Positions 21,928-32,127 of a stretch of DNA of 64,000 nt are shown here, in pieces; the stretch's first letter is position 1; every line of letters begins with the position of its first letter. This stretch comes from Gammaproteobacteria bacterium. GTDB lineage: Bacteria; Pseudomonadota; Gammaproteobacteria; Eutrophobiales; Eutrophobiaceae. The position numbers and the translations under genes are program-made. The stretch spans positions 288,001-352,000 of the forward strand of contig OZ250183.1 in NCBI GenBank assembly GCA_965238225.1, read 5' to 3'. The notes below the pieces were generated by a model. It was not told the origin of the DNA. It made no database searches and saw only the letters and a program-made list of their open reading frames with translations.

Positions 21928-22569
21928 ATGTTTTTCGCAGCTGATGAAGGACAGAAAATTGCACGATTGTTTGCCTTTCTGTTGCAAGGTGAGCGCTTGG
22001 CCTTTGATTGCGTAAGCAAGCAAGTCTTACTGTTTGATGACAAACCATCGCAAAAATTTTTAAAAAATCAGGCGCGCCAGGAAAAATTTCACTGTCAGGT
22101 ATTCAAAGCAGGCATTGGTATCACTGCTCCTCGCGGTGTATCAAATGTTCCTGGTGGCAAGGAGATGCAGATATATATGCGGCTTTTAACTGAAGCTTTG
22201 GAACGAGGCGACCAAGCCGAAACCTTATTAGGTGCACAGATCATACTTGAAGGTTTGGGTAATGTAGCTATTCGGCATATAGATGCCGGGTTTGAATTGC
22301 GAGGAATTGGCTCGATATGTCAACGGGTTCGTTATTTAATTCTTAGCCAGGAAGATGCGCATCATGCTTTTGGACTACAAAGATTTAAAGCGAATTTTGG
22401 CGATGGACCTGTGCCAGATTATTTAATAAAAAGAAGTCAGGATTATTTTAACTTACTTAAATCTTTGATGTTATCTGTATCTGAATTGTTCTTTTATTTT
22501 GATGAACAAGCAGAGCAATATACTGAAGAGCTTTACGCAGACTTGCCCGCATGGATTGTAGAGCAATGA
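21928..22569 (+). CDS. Ferritin-like (diiron-carboxylate) domain protein
   Basis: Ligand pattern E (QGERL) ... ExxH (EKFH) ... E (ILEG) ... ExxH (EDAH), spaced as a four-helix bundle. Confidence 0.7.
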   Translation: MFFAADEGQKIARLFAFLLQGERLAFDCVSKQVLLFDDKPSQKFLKNQARQEKFHCQVFKAGIGITAPRGVSNVPGGKEMQIYMRLLTEALERGDQAETLLGAQIILEGLGNVAIRHIDAGFELRGIGSICQRVRYLILSQEDAHHAFGLQRFKANFGDGPVPDYLIKRSQDYFNLLKSLMLSVSELFFYFDEQAEQYTEELYADLPAWIVEQ

Positions 22570-23249
22570 CCATGATCAGCATCATCATTCCTGTGTTAAA
22601 TGAAGAGAAGGCACTGCCTGAAACATTAAGCAGTATTTTATCGCAGTTAGATAATGTGCAGGTCATAGTGGTTGATGGTGACAGTAGTGATCGAACACAA
22701 ATGATCGCTAGAGAAAATGCTGAAGTTGAACTAATTGTCTCTGAACGAGGTCGAGCTAGGCAAATGAATGCAGGTGCTGTAAAGGCGAATGGCGAATGGC
22801 TGTTGTTTTTACATGCTGATACTTTGTTGCCAAAAAATGCAATACAAGAGATACAGTCATTAACTTCAGACAAAAATAAGCAGGCAGGGTGTTTTCATCA
22901 GCGCTTTTCAAAAGATCATTGGTTTTTGAGATTTGTATCTCGCTTACATAATTGGCGCTGCCGCAGAACTCGAATTATATATGGTGATCAAGCGATGTTC
23001 ATACGCCGGCAATTATTTGAATCTATCGGTGGTTTTCCTGAACAAGATATTCTTGAAGATGTATTGATTAGTGAACTAATTGTTGCGCAGACAAATCCAA
23101 TTTTATTGGATCAGGAAGTTATTACTTCATCTCGCAAGTTTGAACAGAGGGGTTTATTCAGAAGTTTTTTTGATATCTTTATTATCATGAGTTGTTATGA
23201 ATTACGTTTACCAATTTTCAGAAAAGATTTTTTTGCCGGGTTTCGTTAA
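22566..23249 (+). CDS. GT2 glycosyltransferase, TIGR04283-like
   Basis: ISIIIPVLNE, VVDGDSSD, GRARQMNAGA, FLHADT, YGDQAMF, EDV, TSSRKF. ATGA overlap with the upstream gene. Confidence 0.85.
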   Translation: MTMISIIIPVLNEEKALPETLSSILSQLDNVQVIVVDGDSSDRTQMIARENAEVELIVSERGRARQMNAGAVKANGEWLLFLHADTLLPKNAIQEIQSLTSDKNKQAGCFHQRFSKDHWFLRFVSRLHNWRCRRTRIIYGDQAMFIRRQLFESIGGFPEQDILEDVLISELIVAQTNPILLDQEVITSSRKFEQRGLFRSFFDIFIIMSCYELRLPIFRKDFFAGFR

Positions 23250-23257
23250 GAAAATAA

Positions 23258-24253
23258 ATGTTAAAAGATAAAATCAAACCATTTGCTAATCTTTTAAATG
23301 GTCATCCATTGATGGCTGTATTCGAAATCAATCTTACTTGCAATTCTCAGTGTAGTTATTGTGATCTGCCATTAAACCAAGGTAAATATGAATTATCCCG
23401 TGATGAAATTAAAAAAATATTTAGTGATCTCTATAAAACAGGACTACGTTACATTTTATTGCAAGGAGGCGAACCTACCCTGCGTAAGGACTTGCCAGAA
23501 GTGCTCGAAGATTTACATAAAATAGGTTATGACCTGACATTGATCACCAATGGCACACGTATTAAGCCTGTATTAATAGAATGCGCAAAAAATATTTCGG
23601 TCAGCATTTCAATTAGTCTAGATACTTTGGATCGCGATCGTTATCAACGTATTCGCGGTGCTGATCAATTAAATATGGTATTAAGCAGCATTGAACGATT
23701 GCGCGATTATCCACATGCAAAATATATCACCTGTATTGTCAGTGAATTGAATCGTGATGATGTGTTGGATGTTGTGCGTTTTTCTCGCCTTCATGGATTT
23801 ATCCCAGTGGTTGGGGCTTATCATTGGGATATTGAGCGTTATGGAAAAATTGATAAGGAATTGCAGTATCAAAAGCAAGTTGCTGCCAATGTATTTCAGG
23901 AGGTCTTGCAATCAAACCTTGTTCCCAGAGGTTATTTCAGACGCTATTTACGAGATAATATTGATTGGTTGAATGATCGTCCGTTGCGCTCTTGCGATGC
24001 TGGGCGTTACAGTATTTCTATTGATGCATCAGGCAATGTAGCGCCATGTCTAGCGCTTCGGCACGCGGGCAATTTACTTGAGTCTTCATTGCCTGAAATT
24101 TTGGACAATTTTGATAAACAAGCCATCAAATCATGCTCTGATAAATCTTCCTGTAATATGATGTGTAGTCGTATTATTGGCTCAAGTTTACGTCATCCAT
24201 TAGATACATTGATAACACCACGAACGATTGCAGCGACAGAAAATCGCAGCTAA
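23258..24253 (+). CDS. Radical SAM protein with SPASM/twitch-like domain
   Basis: CNSQCSYC, GGEP, ISLD; C-terminal CDAG...GNVAPC and CSDKSSCNMMC. Confidence 0.88.
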   Translation: MLKDKIKPFANLLNGHPLMAVFEINLTCNSQCSYCDLPLNQGKYELSRDEIKKIFSDLYKTGLRYILLQGGEPTLRKDLPEVLEDLHKIGYDLTLITNGTRIKPVLIECAKNISVSISISLDTLDRDRYQRIRGADQLNMVLSSIERLRDYPHAKYITCIVSELNRDDVLDVVRFSRLHGFIPVVGAYHWDIERYGKIDKELQYQKQVAANVFQEVLQSNLVPRGYFRRYLRDNIDWLNDRPLRSCDAGRYSISIDASGNVAPCLALRHAGNLLESSLPEILDNFDKQAIKSCSDKSSCNMMCSRIIGSSLRHPLDTLITPRTIAATENRS

Positions 24254-24262
24254 AGTCATGCA

Positions 24263-24970
24263 ATGTTGAGAGAAATATTAAAATTTGTATCGATTCTGAG
24301 CGCTTGTTTAAGCATCGGGTTAGTTTTTACAGGTTCGATATTGACGATGGTGCATGCACAAGAAACTTTAGAAAAATCTGATGGACACCAGAATAAATTA
24401 AGCCCTTATTCTGGTGAGCCTCCTGAAGTTGTGCTGGATGAGCATGAATTAAAATCGTTAGCAAAAGGACAAGCTGTATTTAAAAAACTGAATCTTGAAA
24501 ATACTAAACGTGGTCTTGCTGTATTCAGAGTAAATGCCGATACGCAGACTATTTGGTCTGTAATAAAAGATTTTAAATCCTATCCCCAATGGATAGAATA
24601 TATTGATGAAACAGAAATTTACAAACAAGAAGCCGAAAATATTTATGTCAAATTTGTTGCCAGCGGTTTGTTAGGAGATATAGTTTGGTATATAGTTCAT
24701 AATTATCCTCAAGATATAACAAGAAATGAAAGAGATTGGGGCACTTGGAAATTAGATTACAATAATCGATCAGATATTAACGGATCTGTTGGGTTTTGGC
24801 GCGTTGTTCCAGTGGTTGATGATCCTAAGAAATCAGATGTTATTTATTCAGTAGATCTTCGCTTAAAAGGATTTTTTGTATCATTGTTTGAGGCTTCATT
24901 GATTACAAGCGGTCTTAAAGATGCGACGCAATGGGTTAAGGTTCAGGCTGAGGCTAAGATTTTGCCATAA
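24263..24970 (+). CDS. Exported SRPBCC/START-fold protein
   Basis: N-terminal signal/TM; IWSVIKDFKSYPQWI and GFWRV motifs of the polyketide-cyclase/START fold. Confidence 0.7.
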   Translation: MLREILKFVSILSACLSIGLVFTGSILTMVHAQETLEKSDGHQNKLSPYSGEPPEVVLDEHELKSLAKGQAVFKKLNLENTKRGLAVFRVNADTQTIWSVIKDFKSYPQWIEYIDETEIYKQEAENIYVKFVASGLLGDIVWYIVHNYPQDITRNERDWGTWKLDYNNRSDINGSVGFWRVVPVVDDPKKSDVIYSVDLRLKGFFVSLFEASLITSGLKDATQWVKVQAEAKILP

Positions 24971-25097
24971 GCGGTGAGAACTTACTTATCAAGAATATTG
25001 TCATACCGACCTTGAATAGATCTCCAGTCAACTTTAATCTTCATAATCTTTTAGGTTTTCAATTTTATTTATTTCTAGTTTATTCATTCATAGCGAG

Positions 25098-25138
25098 TTA
25101 CTTCTTGTTTTACCTTACAAGAAGTAAGCCAAAAAAAA
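25098..25138. terminator. Inverted repeat with A/T tract between convergent SRPBCC gene and nadA
   Basis: 11-bp perfect arms TTACTTCTTGT / ACAAGAAGTAA, followed by GCC and A8. Confidence 0.5.
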
Positions 25139-25169
25139 GTGCCCCAATGAAAGATTGAAAATACTTAAA

Positions 25170-26246
25170 CTAGGCATCACTACTCAAAAGTACTTCGTTA
25201 TTTTGACCTTTCGCAAAATCCAACAACCGTTGAATAGGAAGTTTGGCGCGTTTGCCAAGCTCAGGATCAATATTAATTTCGCCACTGCCTGTTTCTAAGC
25301 ACTCAAGCAATTTCCTAAGACTGTTCATTGCCATCCATGGGCAGTGCGCACAACTAACGCAAGTCGCACTCTCGCCACTGGTGGGCGCTTCGATAAATAT
25401 TTTGTCTGGTGCGGCTTCTCGCATTTTATGGAAGATGCCTTTATCGGTGGCAACGATGAATTCTTTTGCTTCCAGCTCGACTGCGGCTTTGATAATTCCA
25501 GTAGTTGAGCTGACGATATCGGCATGCTCGATGACTGAGGCAGGAGACTCAGGATGTACCAATACTTTGGCGTCTGGGTGTTGTTTTTTTAATTCTGCAA
25601 GCTCAATACCTTTGAATTCTTCATGCACAATACAAGCGCCTTGCCATAACAACATGTCTGCACTAGTTTGTTGCTGGATATAATCGCCTAGGTATTTATC
25701 TGGTGCCCAGATAAATTTTTCACCTTTTGCATACAGATAATTGATGATATCAAGGGCGCTACCTGAGGTAACGACCCAATCAGCACGTGCCTTAACTGCG
25801 GCACTGGTGTTGGCATAAACAACCACAGTTCTATCAGGATGTTGATCACAAAACTCACTAAATTCCTTAACAGGGCAGCCCAGATCCAGTGAACAATTGG
25901 CATTTAAATCCGGCATCAAAACACGTTTTTCGGGGTTTAATATCTTGGCAGTTTCACCCATAAATTTAACACCACAAACAACTAGGGTATTGGCTTGGGA
26001 TTCGTTTCCAAAACGTGCCATATCCAAAGAATCAGAAACATAACCCACGGTAGCATCGGCAATAAGTTGCAGATCGGGGTCGGTATAATAATGCGCCACC
26101 ACCACGGCATTTTGTTCTTTGAGTAATTGTTTAATACGTGATTTAAATTCGTAACGTTTAGCGTCGCTTAATTGTTCAGTGACAGTTTTAGGAATATCTT
26201 CGTGTTTGACTGTGCAAATTTCTGCTAAAGAAGTGTTTATTGTCAT
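25170..26246 (-). CDS. nadA: Quinolinate synthase
   Basis: [42 protein letters not shown]. Confidence 0.96.
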   Translation of the reverse strand: MTINTSLAEICTVKHEDIPKTVTEQLSDAKRYEFKSRIKQLLKEQNAVVVAHYYTDPDLQLIADATVGYVSDSLDMARFGNESQANTLVVCGVKFMGETAKILNPEKRVLMPDLNANCSLDLGCPVKEFSEFCDQHPDRTVVVYANTSAAVKARADWVVTSGSALDIINYLYAKGEKFIWAPDKYLGDYIQQQTSADMLLWQGACIVHEEFKGIELAELKKQHPDAKVLVHPESPASVIEHADIVSSTTGIIKAAVELEAKEFIVATDKGIFHKMREAAPDKIFIEAPTSGESATCVSCAHCPWMAMNSLRKLLECLETGSGEINIDPELGKRAKLPIQRLLDFAKGQNNEVLLSSDA

Positions 26247-26325
26247 ATCTAACTCTGCTGAAACTCTATTGACATTTTTACAGTTCGGTATTTGTCGTTT
26301 GATATTCAGGTTAAAAATATAGTAT

Positions 26326-28119
26326 TTATTCTAATTCAGGTTTTTCTTTTTCAGTAGGTTTAGCCAATTTGATGCCGAGTTCTTTTAGCTGTCTTGGTGA
26401 TGCAGGTGTTGGTGCATCGGTTAATGGGCAGTTTGCTGTCTGTGTCTTTGGAAATGCAATAACATCGCGTATCGAATCAGCGCCGACCATCAACATGATC
26501 AAGCGATCCAGTCCGAAGGCAATGCCACCATGTGGAGGACAACCGTAATCAAGCGCATTAATGAGAAACCCGAATTTATCTTCCGCTTCTTGATCGCTAA
26601 TGCCAAGAAGTTTCAACACGCTTTTTTGCATTTCAGATTTGTGGATACGAATCGAACCGCCACCGAGTTCAACGCCATTTAAAACTAAATCATAAGCGCG
26701 TGACAGGGCGTTGCCAGGATCAGCCTCAAGTTCACTGGTTTTGGTAACATAAGGCGCGGTGAATGGATGATGTAGTGCATCCCAGCGTTTTTCATCTTCG
26801 TTGTAGTTGAACATTGGGAAATCAACCACCCAAACTGGTTGCCATTCACTTTCAAACAAATTCCTGTCTTGTGCCAGTTTGTCGCGTAACGCGCCCAGTG
26901 CGTCATTTACAATCTTAGTCTTATCTGCACCGAAGAAGATCAGGTCACCATTTTTTGCCTGTGTACGTTCGATGATGGTCGCGACCACATTATCAGGCAG
27001 GAATTTTAAGATGGGGGAGTGTAGTCCTTGTGTGCCAGCACAAACATCATTGACTTTAATATAAGCAAGACCTTTAGCGCCGTAATTGGCGACAAAGTTT
27101 GTGTAATCATCAATTTCTTTACGGGACAATTCGTTGCCTGCGGGTAATCTCAACGCAGCAACACGTCCATCGTCCATTTTTGCAGGCTCAGAGAAGACTT
27201 TAAATTCAACCTCTGTCATAACATCAGAAACGTCGGTAAGTTCTAATGGATTACGCAAGTCCGGGCGATCAGTGCCGAAACGATGTATGGCATCGACATA
27301 AGTAATACGTGGAATGGGACAAGGCAAGTCAATATTCAGCGCATTTTTAAATAAGGCAATCATCATTTTTTCCATGATAGCCATGATCGCCTCTTCATCC
27401 ATAAAAGAGGTTTCGATGTCAAGCTGGGTAAATTCTGGCTGCCTGTCTGCGCGTAAATCTTCATCACGGAAGCAGCGCACGATCTGATAATAACGATCCA
27501 TGCCAGACATCATTAACAACTGCTTAAACAATTGCGGCGACTGTGGCAGGGCAAAGAATTCTCCAGGATACGTTCTGCTCGGCACTAGATAATCTCTTGC
27601 GCCTTCTGGTGTTGCGCGGGTCAACATTGGTGTTTCTATTTCCATGAAACCATTATCGTCTAGAAAACTGCGCATGGATTTAGTGATCGCCGTGCGTAAT
27701 TTCATATTTCTTTGCATCTCATCTCTACGCAGATCAACGTAGCGGTAACGCAGTTTTATATCATCATGGACATTTTCATCGTCTAGCTGAAAAGGCGGAG
27801 TTTTGGCGCTATTTAGTATTTCAATTTCATAACCCAGAACTTCAACTTCGCCTGTGGGTAAATCAGGATTGACAGTACCTTCCGGGCGGCGGCGCACCTT
27901 GCCTGTAATTTTTACAACATATTCATTGCGTATGGCATCAGCAATAGCAAAAGATTCAGGCTTGTCCGGGTCAAATACAATCTGTGCCAGACCTTCACGA
28001 TCACGCAGGTCGATAAATATTACTCCGCCATGATCTCTGCGGCGGTGTATCCAACCGCAAAGACTGATTTCCTTGCCGAGTAAAGAGGTATTTAATTGTC
28101 CACAATAATGACTACGCAT
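26326..28119 (-). CDS. aspS: Aspartate-tRNA ligase
   Basis: [49 protein letters not shown]. Confidence 0.98.
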   Translation of the reverse strand: MRSHYCGQLNTSLLGKEISLCGWIHRRRDHGGVIFIDLRDREGLAQIVFDPDKPESFAIADAIRNEYVVKITGKVRRRPEGTVNPDLPTGEVEVLGYEIEILNSAKTPPFQLDDENVHDDIKLRYRYVDLRRDEMQRNMKLRTAITKSMRSFLDDNGFMEIETPMLTRATPEGARDYLVPSRTYPGEFFALPQSPQLFKQLLMMSGMDRYYQIVRCFRDEDLRADRQPEFTQLDIETSFMDEEAIMAIMEKMMIALFKNALNIDLPCPIPRITYVDAIHRFGTDRPDLRNPLELTDVSDVMTEVEFKVFSEPAKMDDGRVAALRLPAGNELSRKEIDDYTNFVANYGAKGLAYIKVNDVCAGTQGLHSPILKFLPDNVVATIIERTQAKNGDLIFFGADKTKIVNDALGALRDKLAQDRNLFESEWQPVWVVDFPMFNYNEDEKRWDALHHPFTAPYVTKTSELEADPGNALSRAYDLVLNGVELGGGSIRIHKSEMQKSVLKLLGISDQEAEDKFGFLINALDYGCPPHGGIAFGLDRLIMLMVGADSIRDVIAFPKTQTANCPLTDAPTPASPRQLKELGIKLAKPTEKEKPELE

Positions 28120-28261
28120 ATTAATACTTAATCCTGATGTTAATTTTTGGGAATTGTTTGTCCGTATACAGAGCAGGGCATATTATGGATCGACAAGATT
28201 TTACGCAAGCGCATGAAATAGTTAGAGTCGCCATACTAAAAACAACAATGGCTGCCTATAT

Positions 28262-28669
28262 CTATTGTTTTGAGCTTTCCGCAAGGGATGTTTTATCTTT
28301 TGGTTTTTCTGTTGTTGGTTCAGATGTCGATTCAGATTTTTTGTCAGATTTATCAGTTTTATCATCACCTTTATCTTTAGAAGGTTGCTTGCCTTCTTTT
28401 TCTATACCATCTTTTTTTGAGCTGCCCTTTCCCAGATCATCCCCCTTCTTATCGTTTTTTTCGGGAGTATCTTTTTTTTGTGGTTTTTTGTCTTTGAAAT
28501 CTGTTTCGTACCAGCCATCCCCTTTCAATTTAAAGATGGCAGCAGATACAAGTTTACGCAGGGTTTCCTGTTTACATTGAGGGCAGTCTGTGAGCGATGC
28601 ATCACCAACTTTTTGGATTGCTTCCAGTTTGTGTTCACAATGCTGGCATTGGTATTCATAAATTGGCAC
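28262..28669 (-). CDS. FmdB family zinc-ribbon protein
   Basis: MPIYEYQCQHC, CPQC, FKLKGDGWYETDF, low-complexity tail; typical position upstream of aspS. Confidence 0.88.
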   Translation of the reverse strand: MPIYEYQCQHCEHKLEAIQKVGDASLTDCPQCKQETLRKLVSAAIFKLKGDGWYETDFKDKKPQKKDTPEKNDKKGDDLGKGSSKKDGIEKEGKQPSKDKGDDKTDKSDKKSESTSEPTTEKPKDKTSLAESSKQ

Positions 28670-28960
28670 AAAAATTCCCCCCCCCTTTAGTATGGTTAGT
28701 ATGGTTAGTATGGATTGTATATATTATCAAAATAACGAGAATATAGACTGTAATTATTGATTAAATTAATTTTAAAACTGAAATTTACACGATTTTCATT
28801 AATTTATATTGGTATTTATATTTGTGGCAATGCCAGTAAGTGATTGAGGATCATATTGCCATCTGGGAAATCTTCAGTATCATTGCCGCTTTCTGCTTCG
28901 GTCGAGTTCTTTTAAGTCTTGTTGTAAGGTGTTCTTTCATGAGACATTAACTTCACAAAT

Positions 28961-29036
28961 GGGTCGTTAGCTCAGCTGGTAGAGCACCGCACTTTTAATG
29001 CGATGGTCGCGCGTTCGAATCGCGCACGACCCACCA
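28961..29036 (+). tRNA. tRNA-Lys (anticodon TTT)
   Basis: GGGTCGT/ACGACCC acceptor stem, D arm AGCTCAGCTGGTAGAGC, anticodon loop CTTTTAA, GTTCGAAT T loop, 3' CCA. Confidence 0.97.
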
Positions 29037-29302
29037 TTTATCCCATTTGGAATCAAAGACTTAAAAGGATTTAAGTTTCTAATAACTGTGTACTAAATAG
29101 ACCGACTACAGTGGTCTTATTTTTCTCAAATTTATGGAGGGCACACAAATGCTTAATTTTCACACAGCTAAAATTAGCTATTTAATGGAAGATTAAAGAT
29201 ATTCGTGTTTTTCTTAATAAGAAAGTAGCTGTTGGTTATTAAATGATTGCCGAAAAATACGCAATAAACGGATTAGGCAAAACATAACAAAAAGGAATAA
29301 GT

Positions 29303-30865
29303 ATGGGCAACGAAGACCAAAAAAAATTAGAGCAGAAGCTCTGGGATATTGCCAACGAGTTGCGCGGCAAGATGGATGCGGATGAGTTTAAGAGTTACAT
29401 CCTTGGCTTTATCTTTTACAAGTACTTGTCTGAAAAGATGGCGAGCTATGCCAGCAAGCTATTAGTTGAAGATGGTATTGGTTATTTATCACTTGATGAA
29501 GACAGTAGCAAAGGCGCTAAGTATCTTGATGCGATTAAAGAAGAAGCCATCGATAAACTGGGTTATTTCTTAAAGCCGTCTGAGCTGTTCAGTGAGGTGG
29601 TCTCGCGGGGTAATGGTGATAGCAATAACTTTATCCTTGAAGACTTGAGCGCCATCCTGCGCAATATTGAGCAAAGTACAATGGGTTATGAGTCTGAAGA
29701 TGATTTTGGTCATTTGTTTGAAGACTTAGATTTAACCTCCACCAAACTGGGCAGAACTGAAGCGGCTAAAAATACGCTGATTGCCAAGGTGTTATCCCAC
29801 TTAGACCAAATTAACTTTGCCCTTGAAACAAAAGAATCTGATGTATTGGGTGATGCCTATGAATATCTGATTGGGCAGTTTGCTGCCAGTGCCGGTAAGA
29901 AAGCTGGTGAGTTCTATACCCCTCAACAAGTATCTAAAATTCTCGCTAAGATTGTTACCAATGGCAAGCGCAAACTTGAAAGCGTGTACGACCCAACCTG
30001 TGGTTCAGGTTCTCTACTTTTGCGCGTGGCTAAAGAAGTCGATGATGTGTCGAATTTCTGTGGTCAGGAGCTAAACCGCACGACTTATAACCTTGCTCGG
30101 ATGAATATGATTCTTCACGATGTTCATTATCGTAAGTTTGATATTAAGCAAGAAGACACTTTAGAACAGCCACAGCATATTGATGAGCGCTTTGAGGCAG
30201 TGGTTGCCAATCCACCATTTAGTGCCCACTGGAGTGCCAACCCACTGCATATGAGTGATGATAGATTTTCTCAGTATGGCAAATTAGCCCCTAAGACTAA
30301 GGCAGATTTTGCCTTTGTTCAGCATATGGTCTATCAGCTGGATGAAAATGGCACAATGGCGATTGTATTACCTCACGGTGTGTTATTCCGTGGCGGGGCT
30401 GAAGGGCATATTCGCAAATACTTGATTGAAGATAAGAACTATCTGGATGCGGTGATTGGTTTGCCTGCTAATATCTTTTATGGCACAAGCATCCCAACTT
30501 GTATTTTGGTGTTTAAAAAATGTCGTGAAGACAGCAGTAATATTTTATTCATTGATGCCTCTAAAGAATTTGACAAGATTAAAGCGCAGAATTATTTGAC
30601 TGATGAGAATATTGCCAAGATTATTAATACCTTTAAGAGTCGTGAAGCAATAGATAAATATTCCTACCTTGCCGCGCTTAATGAAGTCAAAGAAAACGAC
30701 TACAACCTTAACATTCCAAGATATGTTGACACCTTTGAGGAAGAAGAACCTGTTGATTTGGATGCAGTATCAGCCGAACTTAAAGCAATTGATACGCAGA
30801 TGCTTGAGACTGATAACACTATTGCTAAATTTTGTGATGAATTGGGCATCGCTAAACCGTTTTAG
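29303..30865 (+). CDS. hsdM: Type I R-M methyltransferase subunit
   Basis: LWDIANELRG, GEFYTP, DPTCGSGSLL, NPPF, LPHGVLFRG. Confidence 0.96.
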   Translation: MGNEDQKKLEQKLWDIANELRGKMDADEFKSYILGFIFYKYLSEKMASYASKLLVEDGIGYLSLDEDSSKGAKYLDAIKEEAIDKLGYFLKPSELFSEVVSRGNGDSNNFILEDLSAILRNIEQSTMGYESEDDFGHLFEDLDLTSTKLGRTEAAKNTLIAKVLSHLDQINFALETKESDVLGDAYEYLIGQFAASAGKKAGEFYTPQQVSKILAKIVTNGKRKLESVYDPTCGSGSLLLRVAKEVDDVSNFCGQELNRTTYNLARMNMILHDVHYRKFDIKQEDTLEQPQHIDERFEAVVANPPFSAHWSANPLHMSDDRFSQYGKLAPKTKADFAFVQHMVYQLDENGTMAIVLPHGVLFRGGAEGHIRKYLIEDKNYLDAVIGLPANIFYGTSIPTCILVFKKCREDSSNILFIDASKEFDKIKAQNYLTDENIAKIINTFKSREAIDKYSYLAALNEVKENDYNLNIPRYVDTFEEEEPVDLDAVSAELKAIDTQMLETDNTIAKFCDELGIAKPF

Positions 30866-30874
30866 GATGTTGAG

Positions 30875-32116
30875 ATGAGTGAAACGGTACACATTCCACA
30901 GTTAAGATTTCCTGAGTTTAGTGGTGAGTGGGAAGAGAAAAGTTGGGTGATCGTTGGTCAACATTGTAGAAAGTTAAAAAACCAATAACATCTGAATAGA
31001 ATATTCCGATTTAAGTAGGAGACATATCCTAAGATTTACTGATGCAATAGAAATGGACTCAGAGTTTACACAATGATACTTTAAAATAAATAGCAAAATT
31101 TCCAATTAAGGCAAAATGCTTTATTTGGCTTTAAGCTCAATTGGAAGACTGTGCCGTAATCACTGAAGAGTTCGCCAATCAAATTTTCAAGCTCCAATTT
31201 AGTTTCAATGATACAGATTTTTGACTGAACTTAATTTTAGTATTAAAAACAACCTAAATTGATCTACAAAGAAAACATCAATTACTACTGGTAATATCAG
31301 TTAACAAATTTTCAAGATTTAAAATTCAAATTATTCCAATCCAAACCAGAACAACAAAAAATAGCAGCATTCCTAACCGCAGTTGATAACAAAATCGAGC
31401 AATTAAGTAAAAAGAAAAAACATTTGCTTAAGTATAAAAAAGGCTTAATGCAACAAATCTTTAGTCAAGCCATTCGCTTTCACCCCAAGGGTATTTCCTC
31501 GCAGCACTCAGGGCACCGCGATGATGGTAGTAATTTTCCTGATTGGGAAGAGAAGAAGTTGGGAGGTGTTGGTCAGATTGTTACTGGAGGAAAACTCCAA
31601 AGTAGAATAGAACAATCCATATTATGGAATGGGAATATTCAAAGTTCAAGTTTACTCCTACAGAGATATTTTGAAAAGCGCTATATCAAGTCAATAGTAA
31701 AAGAACAATTACTAATGAAATTTTGGATTAATATCATCCGCAAATTGTTGCCAATTGGCAGTATTGCTTTTTTCAAGCAGGGCTAGGAAAGTTTATTAGT
31801 CTGGAATAGCGGTTCAACAATGTTCAATTTCAACCAAATTAACTCAATTATTGTTAATGATGATTTTAATAATGAATTTTTTACAATTAAGCTAATTTTA
31901 AACTGACTCCCTAATTAAATTTACACAGGTAATCAGGGTTACCAATAATAAATAAAGACTGAAATCAAGAAAATTAAAATACACTGCCCAGCTTTAGAAG
32001 AACAAACCAAAATCGCCAACTTCCTATCTTCAATCGATACCAAAATCGAACAAGTGGGTAAGCAGTTTGTGAGTCAAGCAATTAAAAAAGCCCTGCTCCA
32101 GCAGATGTTTGTGTGA
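30875..32116 (+). pseudogene. hsdS: Type I R-M specificity subunit with multiple frameshifts/stops, mainly in both TRDs
   Basis: Conserved blocks are readable (MSETVHIPQLRFPEFSGEWEEK; EQQKIAAFLTAVDNKIE...KKGLMQQIFSQ...FPDWEEKKLG; PALEEQTKIANFLSSIDTKIE...KKALLQQMFV). The intervening regions have no continuous frame. Confidence 0.88.
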
Positions 32117-32127
32117 TTTTGTTGCAA

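Noticed and set aside
23258-24253. Assignment as ArsS, PqqE, MoaA or NirJ
   Set aside because: Lacks the family-specific motifs and partner genes I would expect; left as an unassigned rSAM/SPASM protein.
21175-24970. Selenocysteine read-through in the operon
   Set aside because: The only TGA stop (22567-22569) overlaps the next ATG, which is ordinary translational coupling.
28137-28580. 147-aa plus-strand ORF
   Set aside because: Antisense to the FmdB gene's low-complexity tail; no recognisable motifs.
31424-31786. Stand-alone 120-aa gene
   Set aside because: It is the central fragment of the disrupted hsdS.
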